Shown here: positions 28,661 through 36,217 of the stretch, piece by piece
Layout: every line of letters begins with the position of its first letter
Position numbering within the stretch: position 1 is the first letter of the stretch
From: a virus
Lineage: Duplodnaviria; Caudoviricetes
DNA length: 36,290 nt
Strand: one strand, 5' to 3'
Virus record (IMG/VR): IMGVR_UViG_3300017747_000923
Span: 1-36,290 of that record
Made by a program: the position numbers and the translations under genes
The notes under the pieces: model-generated
The model's database searches: none
Seen by the model: only the letters and a program-made list of their open reading frames with translations
What the model was told of the DNA's origin: nothing

Positions 28661-28980
28661 TTTCCACGCCTTCCGTACTCCGCACGTTAGTAAGGGCCTG
28701 AATGGGCTGCGCGGAAGGAAACACACGGCACCGATCACCCCCGGTAGTCCGTACTGACCTGTCAGCGAGGGATCAGTGTAGTCCTGGGTAACAAGGGTGG
28801 TAGACAAGGCCCAGGATGAATAGAATCGCTGCCTCGAGGGAAGCCTGGGGCGCTAGGAGTAGGGATCTAGCCGCCTGGGGCGGGGGAAGGAGAAGGCTCC
28901 ACCCCTTGGGCGACTCAGAAACATGTATGCTGGCAGGTAGGTTGGTCTGGGATATAACAGGTAACTTAAAAGGAAAAACG

Positions 28981-29775
28981 ATGTTCGTAAACCTCAAAGA
29001 CGTGGTTGTGGATCAGAAGTACCAAAGCCGGACGGCGATGGATGACAAGATGGTTGAAGCGTATGCGGAGCTGATGCGGGATGGGGTCAAGTTTCCTCCG
29101 GTTCGGATTGTGCATGTGGAGGATCAGTATGTTTTGGTGGACGGGTTCCACAGGTTCCGCGCCACGGAAGAGATTGGGGAATACGAGATCGAGGCGGATG
29201 TTACAGAGGGAGACTGGCGTGATGTGAGGATGCTGAAGTGGCAGTCCAACACTACGCACGGCAAGCCTCTGGCTCGAGACGAGAAGCGTCGGATGATCCG
29301 CGAGATGCTGGCGGACGAGGAGTGCAGCCTCTGGAGTAATCGCAAGATCGGGAAGTTCGTCGGCGTCAGTCACACCCTGGTCAACTCGGTGCGGGTTGAG
29401 AAGTCCGCCCATGCTGAGAAGGCCAAAAGTGGAAATATTTCCACTCCGGCCCCCAAAGCCAAGGCTCAATCGGTTGAGCCCCAAGCGGCTGATGCTGAAG
29501 AGGATGACGAGGAACCAGATGATCGGCAGGTGATGATCGAGACGTTGATTGACGAGAATGACAAGCTGACCAAGCAGCTGGCCGTCTCGGTGCTGCCAGA
29601 GGAAGAGAAGGTCATGGCAGGTCAGCTGATCGATGATCTGCGCAATGAGATCAGGGTGCTGAACGTCGAGCTGGAGTCGGTCAAGGCTAGCCGGGATCGG
29701 TACCAGTGGGAGAACGCGGAGCTGAAGAAGCAGGTGGCTGCGCAACAGAAGCAATTAAAGAAGCTTCAGGGGTAA
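28981..29775 (+). CDS. ParB N-terminal-domain protein with HTH and coiled coil
   Basis: FPPV.I......LVDGFHR.RA ParB/Srx motif; WSNRKIGKFVGVSHTLVNSVR HTH; C-terminal coiled coil; AAGGA RBS before ATG 28981. Confidence 0.85.
   Translation: MFVNLKDVVVDQKYQSRTAMDDKMVEAYAELMRDGVKFPPVRIVHVEDQYVLVDGFHRFRATEEIGEYEIEADVTEGDWRDVRMLKWQSNTTHGKPLARDEKRRMIREMLADEECSLWSNRKIGKFVGVSHTLVNSVRVEKSAHAEKAKSGNISTPAPKAKAQSVEPQAADAEEDDEEPDDRQVMIETLIDENDKLTKQLAVSVLPEEEKVMAGQLIDDLRNEIRVLNVELESVKASRDRYQWENAELKKQVAAQQKQLKKLQG
29428..29445. repeat. Perfect 18-bp palindrome AGTGGAAATATTTCCACT, copy 2 (inside the parB-like gene)
   Basis: Identical to 9123-9140; lies just 3' of the HTH-coding segment. Confidence 0.95.
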
Positions 29776-29778
29776 ACC

Positions 29779-31248
29779 ATGCTGGCCTTGCGGGACTATC
29801 AGAACAAGACGCTCGATGCCTTGCGCGATGGATTTCTGGCTGGGTCTCGAGCGCAAGTGTTGTACGCCCCTACGGGGGCGGGCAAAACCGAGATGGCGAT
29901 TGCTCTTTTGCAGGCAACAAAGCAGAAGGGCAATCGGGCTGCGATGTTGTTGGATAGGATCATCTTGTGTGACCAAACCAGCCAACGGTTGCAGCGGTAT
30001 CAGATTGACCATGGAGTGCTTCAGTCGGGGCACTGGCGATACCGGCCGGCTGAACACATTCAAGTGTGCTCGGCCCAGACGCTTGAGAAACGTGGCTCAT
30101 TCCCTGGCTTGAACCTGCTGATCGTGGACGAGTGCCACGCTATGCGCGAGCAGACGGTCGAGTTCATCAAGTCGAACCCAGACATCAAAGTCATCGGCCT
30201 GTCCGCCACCCCGTTCACCAAAGGATTGGGTCGGGTGTATGACCGTGTGATCTCAACTGTCACAACGTCGCAGCTGGTAGAGCAGAAGGTGCTGGTCCCG
30301 CTGCGGGTGTTCATTGCCAAAGAGATCGACATGACCGGGGCCAAGAAGGTTGCCGGCGAATGGTCCCAGGCAGAAGCCTCGAGCCGCGGGCAGAAGATCA
30401 CCGGTGACATCGTCCAGGAGTGGGTATCCAAGACCACCGCAATCTTTGGCGGGCCTCGCAAGACGATTGTGTTCTGTGCAGGCGTGAACCATGGGGCTGA
30501 TCTCGCGAGAAAGTTTGCCGAGCAGGGCTACAACTTTGTGGCGATCAGCTACAAGGATGACGATCAGTACAAGCGCGACGTGATTGAGGAGTTCAGCAAG
30601 CCTGACACGACAATGCACGGGCTGATCGCTACTGACATCTTGACCAAGGGCTTCGATGTCCCGGACGTGATGATCGGGATATCCGCGCGGCCATTCTCAA
30701 AGTCCTTGTCTTCGCACATCCAACAGATGGGCAGGGTAATGCGTGGGCATCCTGGCAAAGAGTTCGCCCTGTGGCTAGACCACTCGGGCAACTACCTGCG
30801 GTTCCGGGAAGACTGGGAAGAGGTGTACGGCAGCGGCGTCCACGGTTTGGATGATGGCAAGGAGAAGGCGAAGAAGGAACCGACTGACAAGGAGAAGGCT
30901 GAGGCCAAGTGTCCGGCCTGCGGAGCGTTGTGGTCCTCTGGTACGGACATCTGCTCCCACTGTGGCTATGTTAGGCCGCGAAAGAGTCTGGTTCAGGAAG
31001 TTCCGGGTGAGATGGAGGAGCTCAAGCCCCGCAACGTCAACGCCATGACCAAGCAGCAGTGGTGGTCGATGATCTACTACAACACGTTGCACAAGGGTTG
31101 GAGCCGCGGGCGGGCGTCGCATACGTTCCGAGAAAAGTTTGGGCACTGGCCGAATGGGTTGAAAGATTTGCCGGTTATGCCTAATCGCGAGGTTGAAGGG
31201 TACATCCGTAGCCGGATGATAGCCTACATAAAAGGGAGGAGACGATGA
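29779..31248 (+). CDS. SF2 DExH helicase (RadD/YejH-like) with C-terminal zinc finger
   Basis: LRDYQ, APTGAGKT, DECH, SAT, LTKGFD, QQMGRVMR, CPAC...CSHC. Confidence 0.92.
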   Translation: MLALRDYQNKTLDALRDGFLAGSRAQVLYAPTGAGKTEMAIALLQATKQKGNRAAMLLDRIILCDQTSQRLQRYQIDHGVLQSGHWRYRPAEHIQVCSAQTLEKRGSFPGLNLLIVDECHAMREQTVEFIKSNPDIKVIGLSATPFTKGLGRVYDRVISTVTTSQLVEQKVLVPLRVFIAKEIDMTGAKKVAGEWSQAEASSRGQKITGDIVQEWVSKTTAIFGGPRKTIVFCAGVNHGADLARKFAEQGYNFVAISYKDDDQYKRDVIEEFSKPDTTMHGLIATDILTKGFDVPDVMIGISARPFSKSLSSHIQQMGRVMRGHPGKEFALWLDHSGNYLRFREDWEEVYGSGVHGLDDGKEKAKKEPTDKEKAEAKCPACGALWSSGTDICSHCGYVRPRKSLVQEVPGEMEELKPRNVNAMTKQQWWSMIYYNTLHKGWSRGRASHTFREKFGHWPNGLKDLPVMPNREVEGYIRSRMIAYIKGRRR

Positions 31249-32072
31249 CATTTCTGGATTTCTGCCGGCTGCATGGGCTGATGATTGACTACCTCCCCCC
31301 CCCTGGGGTGTGGCGTAGGTACCCCACCGAGGACCATCCTCGCAAGCGTAACGGTGCTGCGAAATACATGGGCGATCATGGTTTTGTGCAGAACCATGCG
31401 ACCGAAACTGCGGTATCGGTATGGAAGTCAGATCGTCCGGCTGATATCGAAACGCAGGTAAAACGTAGGCAAAACGCAGGCAAAACGCAGGCAGCGCAGG
31501 AAGAGGCTGCGCGAAAAGCAGCCTGGATCATCAGCAAGTCGGTGCCCTTCGAGCATGACTACCTGTTCAACAAGGGATTTTCTGGGATGAAGGGGTTGTC
31601 CTGGCAGACGGATGATGCCGTGCTGCTGGTCATCCCTATGAAGGTAGGCGACCGGCTGGTCGGATGCCAGCTAATCTCGCCGGATGGTACGAAGAAGTTC
31701 CTGACAGGGCAGCGCACCAGCGGGGCTACGTTCACCATGAATGCTCGAGGCCCGCACATCCTCGTGGAGGGCTACGCCACTGGCTTATCTGTCCGGCTGA
31801 TCTGTGAGTCGCTGAAGATGCCTTACACGATCCATGTCTGCTTCTCCGCAGGCAACCTCGCGAAGGTGGCTGCGACGTTGCCGGCTGGTCTCGTCATTGC
31901 GGACAACGATGCGTCGGGCACCGGGGAGCGTGTGGCGCGGGAGACCGGCTGGCCGTATTGGATGAGCGACGTGGTGGGCGAGGATGCCAACGATGCATGG
32001 CGGCGCCTGGGTACCTTCCGGATGTCGCAGGATCTGCGGTTATTGCTGAGTCAGTTCCGACACCGTGCCTGA
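31245..32072 (+). CDS. Toprim-domain DNA primase (TraC/phage type)
   Basis: LVIPM...CQLI..DG.KKFL.G, VEGYATG, FSAGNL, IADND, DAND; ATGA overlap with the helicase. Confidence 0.88.
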   Translation: MTFLDFCRLHGLMIDYLPPPGVWRRYPTEDHPRKRNGAAKYMGDHGFVQNHATETAVSVWKSDRPADIETQVKRRQNAGKTQAAQEEAARKAAWIISKSVPFEHDYLFNKGFSGMKGLSWQTDDAVLLVIPMKVGDRLVGCQLISPDGTKKFLTGQRTSGATFTMNARGPHILVEGYATGLSVRLICESLKMPYTIHVCFSAGNLAKVAATLPAGLVIADNDASGTGERVARETGWPYWMSDVVGEDANDAWRRLGTFRMSQDLRLLLSQFRHRA

Positions 32073-32249
32073 CAATTCGTAGGCGTTGCGCAGGGAGGCC
32101 ATGATCGAGCACCCGAGCACGAAAGCTTCTCCGTCTCGGGCGCCCGTATGGTAGGCGTGGACTGCTAGATGCCCGTCATGTTCCGTCAGACAGATCACAA
32201 ACTCCGTGATCGGAGAGCTGCCGGATGTTGAGGATTTCGGTGCGCTCAT
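32040..32249 (-). CDS. Hypothetical protein (start uncertain)
   Basis: Last ORF of the leftward early block; overlaps the primase 3' end. Confidence 0.4.
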   Translation of the reverse strand: MSAPKSSTSGSSPITEFVICLTEHDGHLAVHAYHTGARDGEAFVLGCSIMASLRNAYELSGTVSELTQQ

Positions 32250-32373
32250 GGTCCCGATCATCATACGCTAACGTGCGCGTCGTGAGCTTGCGCAAGGCGT
32301 CGGATTGATCCTGACCTGCGATCGTAACGTCAAACGCTACGGTTCGTCTGATCGTCACTTTGAATTGCGGCAT
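32176..32373 (-). CDS. Hypothetical protein
   Basis: GGAG RBS; FKVTIRRTVAFDVTIAG..QSDA beta-beta-alpha pattern common in small phage proteins. Confidence 0.55.
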   Translation of the reverse strand: MPQFKVTIRRTVAFDVTIAGQDQSDALRKLTTRTLAYDDRDHERTEILNIRQLSDHGVCDLSDGT

Positions 32374-32515
32374 CGCAGTCTCCCAAGGTTCCGAGGGTTT
32401 GGTAAAACTTCCATTTGGCTACGATCGCAGGGTTCTGCGAGGGGCTCACCCAGCCATGTTCGCGCCACGTTTCTTGAACGTCGGTGTGCTTTTTGTATCG
32501 GATGATCGGGTCCAT
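32330..32515 (-). CDS. Conserved phage hypothetical protein (TDVQETWR..GW..PS)
   Basis: AAGGAG RBS; 61 aa. Confidence 0.65.
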   Translation of the reverse strand: MDPIIRYKKHTDVQETWREHGWVSPSQNPAIVAKWKFYQTLGTLGDCDAAIQSDDQTNRSV

Positions 32516-32527
32516 GGTATTGCTCCT

Positions 32528-32875
32528 TCAGTAGTTGTATGCGACGTTGGTGTGAATGATCAGATCGCGCCGGCTGATGGACTTGACCGTCGCGTAGTGC
32601 ATGGCGCACCCGCAGCAGTCGTGCTCGTGCTGGCACGAATTCCCGCTAACCGTGTGCTGAATGGCTCTGATGATCTCGGCCTTCCGTTTCCGGGTGGTGC
32701 CGGCCGGCAGGCGAGCGTACTGCACCCAGCTGCCGCCATCGTCGTAGTCGCGGGGCTCCCGCACCTGCACCGCGGGGGTGAGCCGGACGGTCTGGATGAA
32801 GGTCCAGTCATCCTGGCCTGCCCAGCCGTCGCGGTACTTCCAAGTGTTGCGAACGTATGCGTGTAAGTCGTACAT
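32528..32875 (-). CDS. Hypothetical protein with CxHxHDCCGC motif
   Basis: GAGGAG RBS before ATG 32875. Confidence 0.7.
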   Translation of the reverse strand: MYDLHAYVRNTWKYRDGWAGQDDWTFIQTVRLTPAVQVREPRDYDDGGSWVQYARLPAGTTRKRKAEIIRAIQHTVSGNSCQHEHDCCGCAMHYATVKSISRRDLIIHTNVAYNY

Positions 32876-32885
32876 GGTTCTCTCC

Positions 32886-33164
32886 TCAGTTGCAGCAGCC
32901 GCAGCAGGGTGCATCCTCGCAGCGGCCTTTATGGTTTTGGTACCAATCCCGGTTCAAGGCATCCTTGTGCGCGGCTGATACCCATTTCCGTTTCCGCGCG
33001 TACAGATACGCATGGGCATGATCGTCGGCCTCGGTCTCCTCCGTAACAGGCCGGACGATCAGTTCGGCGCGGCCTGTGCCCCAGTAGATGATCGGGTCTC
33101 CGGGGTTGATCGGCCGGCCGGTAGCGATACAAGTTCCGGGGTATCGAGCGGTCATCTCTTTCAT
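32886..33164 (-). CDS. Conserved phage protein ending GRCEDAPCCGCC
   Basis: ARYPGTC..TG..I.PGD.I N-terminus; Cys-rich C-terminus; AAGGAG RBS. Confidence 0.75.
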   Translation of the reverse strand: MKEMTARYPGTCIATGRPINPGDPIIYWGTGRAELIVRPVTEETEADDHAHAYLYARKRKWVSAAHKDALNRDWYQNHKGRCEDAPCCGCCN

Positions 33165-33176
33165 AAGGAGCTCCTT

Positions 33177-33194
33177 GGGGCCCCGAAGGGCCCC
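33177..33194 (-). repeat. Intergenic GC hairpin GGGGCCC-TTCG-GGGCCCC
   Basis: cUUCGg hairpin directly 5' of an RBS; related copies at 35062 and 35626. Confidence 0.85.
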
Positions 33195-33201
33195 GGCTGA
33201 G

Positions 33202-33447
33202 TTACTTGCGTTTGAATTCCACTACCTGCAGGACGCAGGCTCCTTCAACCTGCGGCCGGTACCACCGGATGTTGTAGGGCTCGGTCTCCTCGCAGGGGAC
33301 ATACCAGATTGCGTAGGTCAGGCGCTGCTTGTCCATCTCCTTCATCATGGTGCGCAGATCCTTGCCCGTGCGCCATTCTCCGACGTTGCTCACGTAGAAG
33401 TGAAAGACCGGCTCGGGGATCTTCATCAGGGTGTCTGTCATGGTCAT
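33202..33447 (-). CDS. Hypothetical protein
   Basis: 81 aa; GGAG RBS; ATGA overlap. Confidence 0.65.
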   Translation of the reverse strand: MTMTDTLMKIPEPVFHFYVSNVGEWRTGKDLRTMMKEMDKQRLTYAIWYVPCEETEPYNIRWYRPQVEGACVLQVVEFKRK

Positions 33448-34151
33448 GCTCCGAAATGTCTGGCCATCAGGCCGTGGACGATGATTGCCATCGATGCGCG
33501 GCCCGGACGGTCGGCACCGTCACAGGCGAGGCAGTCGATGCATTGCTTGCGTGAGCCGGACTCCTTGGATGCGGGGCACGGCGCCTCACGCGGAGCGAGC
33601 GGCTCGGATGGTCTACGCACGCGGAACGTCCTCCACCCGAGGGACTGCGCCATCTCGAGCTCGGCGAGGGAATCGGCCGATGCCATCGCGTAGGCGCGCA
33701 GCCATTGTGCGTTGGCACGGCGCCACTGGTGCGTGTACCCCGTCCACCCGTCGGCAGCGTCTACCCATGCCCATGCTGACCGGCGGATAGCATAGGGGTC
33801 TCCGTAGGCACCCATGCGCACCTTGCGGCCTGTCACGCGAGCACGGGCCTCGGCGGGGCTGACCAGAGGATAGGCGCCTCGGGTCCATGCCGCCCAGACC
33901 TGCGCAACAGACTTGCCGACATCGACGTAGCACAGGCGGGGCTCGTCAGCTGATCCCCTGAGCTCGCAGTCTCCGCAGATCGAGCGATCGGCGCCCGTGC
34001 GCAGCGCCTCGATGGGGTGCTCGTCGGCACGAAGAATGAACGTCTGGACCATGTCTCCAGTCTTACCGTTGCGGCTTTCCATTGTCGCGATGCCGACGAT
34101 CGGGGCGCCGTCGATTGACGAGGGTCCATCGTAGAAAACGAATCCGGTCAT
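33444..34151 (-). CDS. Cys-rich Gp88-like (degenerate radical-SAM-like) phage protein
   Basis: N.KTGDM.QT.IL, SICGDC...CYV, RMGAYGDP, TGYTHQW, GWRTFRV, CPAS...CIDCLAC. Confidence 0.65.
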   Translation of the reverse strand: MTGFVFYDGPSSIDGAPIVGIATMESRNGKTGDMVQTFILRADEHPIEALRTGADRSICGDCELRGSADEPRLCYVDVGKSVAQVWAAWTRGAYPLVSPAEARARVTGRKVRMGAYGDPYAIRRSAWAWVDAADGWTGYTHQWRRANAQWLRAYAMASADSLAELEMAQSLGWRTFRVRRPSEPLAPREAPCPASKESGSRKQCIDCLACDGADRPGRASMAIIVHGLMARHFGA

Positions 34152-34330
34152 TTTGATTCTCCTTCGGCGTAGTCAGCCACGCCAGCGTCGTAGCCGCGCC
34201 GGTACAGATGCGTCAACAGTTCATTGGCATCCGTGTACGGGAATTTTTCGTAGTACGGATTGCGATCGACACCATCAGCCCTACCGTGGTAGTAGCCCAG
34301 CGCAAACGAGCGCAGTTGATCGTCGGTCAT
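34148..34330 (-). CDS. Hypothetical protein (GYYHGRADG...YRRGYDAG)
   Basis: GGAG RBS; ATGA overlaps at both ends. Confidence 0.65.
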   Translation of the reverse strand: MTDDQLRSFALGYYHGRADGVDRNPYYEKFPYTDANELLTHLYRRGYDAGVADYAEGESK

Positions 34331-34527
34331 TGTTTGCTCCATGTTTTGATGCCGCCGTCGATGTGCGGCTGGATTGCATCCGCAGCGGCGCGGATGATGT
34401 TCGAGGCAGCTCGGGCGCGGACCCATCCGAGGCGGGTCCGGCGCTCTAGCCATGGGGCCCCGGAACCCACCGCCCGGAGTCGGTAGTCCCCGGACCTGAT
34501 CAGGTCGATCAGCATCGAGGCCGTCAC
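34327..34527 (-). CDS. Hypothetical protein
   Basis: GTGA overlap with the upstream gene; AAGGA RBS. Confidence 0.5.
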   Translation of the reverse strand: MTASMLIDLIRSGDYRLRAVGSGAPWLERRTRLGWVRARAASNIIRAAADAIQPHIDGGIKTWSKQ

Positions 34528-34814
34528 AGCATTTCCTTCGGAACGATCAGGCCGTAGGCGCGGATGATCGTCGCGGCCTGCGCCGGCAACGACATGATGC
34601 CGTCGTAGTCGGTCAGGGCCCCGGCATCGTCGAACCACAGGCCGATCTCTTCTGTCGTGTCGAGGTCCGGAATGTCCCATTCGATGCAGCCCCTGCGCCG
34701 ATCGTCGGCAAGGTAGAGGTCCATCCTGCTCGGGTGCTGCCCGAGCTCGTGTGATCCCCAGCTGCCGTGCCGCAGCAGCGAGGCCGTGAAGCGTATGGTG
34801 CCGACGTGTTCCAT
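34524..34814 (-). CDS. Conserved phage hypothetical protein (IGLWFD...LTDYDG..SLP)
   Basis: GGAG RBS before ATG 34814. Confidence 0.7.
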   Translation of the reverse strand: MEHVGTIRFTASLLRHGSWGSHELGQHPSRMDLYLADDRRRGCIEWDIPDLDTTEEIGLWFDDAGALTDYDGIMSLPAQAATIIRAYGLIVPKEML

Positions 34815-34832
34815 GGTGGTCTCCGTGGTTGT

Positions 34833-34853
34833 CCTGGCGGGAGCTCCGCCAGG
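34833..34853 (-). repeat. Intergenic GC hairpin (8-bp stem)
   Basis: CCTGGCGG-5 nt-CCGCCAGG directly 5' of the ACAACCACGGAG leader. Confidence 0.75.
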
Positions 34854-34860
34854 GTGATGG

Positions 34861-35049
34861 TCAACGTGCCGCGACGATGCGGCCCGAGCGGGTTGTGATG
34901 GTGATCCTTGCCGCAGCGGGGTAGCAGCGAGCCCAGTCGAGGGCATCCTCGACCGTCCACGCTCGGTGCTCCCAGCGGCTCCAGATGCCGAGAGACCCGT
35001 CGATCGCGATGACGCGGTAGGGTTGCAGCAGGGCCTTGATTCGTTTCAT
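34861..35049 (-). CDS. Hypothetical protein
   Basis: GGAG RBS before ATG 35049. Confidence 0.6.
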   Translation of the reverse strand: MKRIKALLQPYRVIAIDGSLGIWSRWEHRAWTVEDALDWARCYPAAARITITTRSGRIVAAR

Positions 35050-35061
35050 GGTGTGCTCCAT

Positions 35062-35079
35062 GGGGCCCCGCAGGGCCCC
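35062..35079 (-). repeat. Intergenic GC hairpin GGGGCCC-TGCG-GGGCCCC
   Basis: Differs by one base from the 33177 copy. Confidence 0.85.
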
Positions 35080-35086
35080 GGTAGGG

Positions 35087-35608
35087 TTAGGGTTTGACGA
35101 TCGTGATGCGGGTGCCGTAGTCAGAGACATCCGAGGTGCCATGCAGCGGCCTGCCCAGCATCCGCTCTGCGTAGGCCTCGGCCTCGGTCTCGGTCTCGAA
35201 TTGATGGACGTGGAGCCCGTCTACGTCATGCACACGCACCGCGTACGCGGCCCTTTCGGCCGGGATTCCCAGCGCGGCTCCGATCGCCTGCCATACGTCT
35301 TGGAATGTGCTGTCCGGGCAAATGTATGCAGCGATGTCGTCGTCGGTCCACGCCTCGGCCACCATGTCCCAGCCCATCGAGTACCACATCGCTTCGTCGG
35401 CGCGGTCCCGGACCCATGCGATGATCGTGTCAACGTGCTCGCGATGGTACTCGGCGTAGCGTTCGAAAAGGTCGGCGAAGGCCGTGGTCAATCGGGCCTT
35501 GTTGCCAGCGTCGGCGCGGTAGTACGCGCGAGCGATCGCCTCGGCGAAGCTTCCGCCCAGTCGCTCCATGCTGTGGGCAGCTGCCAGCATTTTGTCGTTG
35601 TGGTCCAT
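35087..35608 (-). CDS. Hypothetical multi-module phage protein (GGSF...AD..N..RL..AF; GWD.V.E)
   Basis: AAGGAG RBS before ATG 35608. Confidence 0.7.
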   Translation of the reverse strand: MDHNDKMLAAAHSMERLGGSFAEAIARAYYRADAGNKARLTTAFADLFERYAEYHREHVDTIIAWVRDRADEAMWYSMGWDMVAEAWTDDDIAAYICPDSTFQDVWQAIGAALGIPAERAAYAVRVHDVDGLHVHQFETETEAEAYAERMLGRPLHGTSDVSDYGTRITIVKP

Positions 35609-35625
35609 GTTTCTCTCCTTGGTGT

Positions 35626-35641
35626 GGGGCCCGAGGGCCCC
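35626..35641 (-). repeat. Intergenic GC hairpin GGGGCC-CTCG-GGCCCC
   Basis: Third copy, 5' of an RBS. Confidence 0.8.
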
Positions 35642-35649
35642 GTGGGTTG

Positions 35650-36024
35650 TCAGAGGGTGATCTTGGCGGTCAGCAGGCAATTTTTAACGGCCTCCTGCAC
35701 TTGCTCGGTCAGGTCAACGTCTCTCATGAGTCTCTCCCCGTCGAGGTAGTCATGCAGATCCTCGTTGCCCATCCAATCCTCGATGCGTGAGCCGACCAGG
35801 TCATCAAGCGTTGCGCCAAGCTGCTTGGCGATCTCCTCTCGAGCCTTGCGCTCGATCAGATCCTCCAGCGCGAACCCGTTGAGCTCCTCGAGCTGCGCTA
35901 CACGTGTCACTAGGACGCCATTGATCCCCTCGAGCTTCGCGATGCGCTCCTCCAGCGGCTTGACGGCCTCGGTTACAGCTGCGGTCAGCGCGTCGGTCAG
36001 GATCTTGTTCAGGTCGATGTTCAT
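35650..36024 (-). CDS. Acidic coiled-coil hypothetical protein, first early gene
   Basis: ACAACCAAGGAGAG leader; 124 aa. Confidence 0.75.
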   Translation of the reverse strand: MNIDLNKILTDALTAAVTEAVKPLEERIAKLEGINGVLVTRVAQLEELNGFALEDLIERKAREEIAKQLGATLDDLVGSRIEDWMGNEDLHDYLDGERLMRDVDLTEQVQEAVKNCLLTAKITL

Positions 36025-36083
36025 GCTGTGCTCTCCTTGGTTGTGTCTGTCTGTCGAAAACTGCGGTCCTACACCCCTCTATG

Positions 36084-36100
36084 TGAAAGAATCGTGCCAG
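36084..36100 (-). promoter_or_regulatory. Sigma54-like (-24/-12) promoter
   Basis: CTGGCACGATTCTTTCA versus consensus YTGGCACGRNNNTTGCW; one mismatch, in the -12 GC. Confidence 0.55.
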
Positions 36101-36105
36101 CACCC

Positions 36106-36132
36106 AAAAAAGCCTTATAAATCAACGGCTAG
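36106..36132 (+). promoter_or_regulatory. IHF-like binding site
   Basis: A-tract followed by AATCAA-CGGC-TAG versus WATCAANNNNTTR. Confidence 0.45.
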
Positions 36133-36145
36133 GGATTTCCCTATG

Positions 36146-36161
36146 CTGGATATCTGTACAG
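36146..36161. promoter_or_regulatory. LexA (SOS) box-like site
   Basis: tgCTGGATATCTGTACAGta fits CTG-N10-CAG with an AT-rich core. Confidence 0.55.
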
Positions 36162-36187
36162 TAGTCGGCAAGCCTGCGGCTATCTAC

Positions 36188-36217
36188 TGGACAGGGGCGA
36201 TAGCTTAGGGCTATGAT
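36188..36217 (+). promoter_or_regulatory. Possible rightward sigma70 promoter
   Basis: TGGACA, 18-nt spacer, TATGAT. Confidence 0.4.

Noticed and set aside
28816-28980. N-terminal extension of the ParB-like ORF given in the ORF track
   Set aside because: The extension is not protein-like and has no RBS; ATG 28981 has an AAGGA RBS and starts the recognisable domain.
35532-35539. GCGATCGC (HIP1) suggesting a cyanobacterial host
   Set aside because: Only one copy noticed; no enrichment.
33177-35641. Hairpin repeats as a CRISPR array or integron attC sites
   Set aside because: Spacing is gene-sized and irregular, repeats are under 20 bp, and there are no attC core boxes or integrase.
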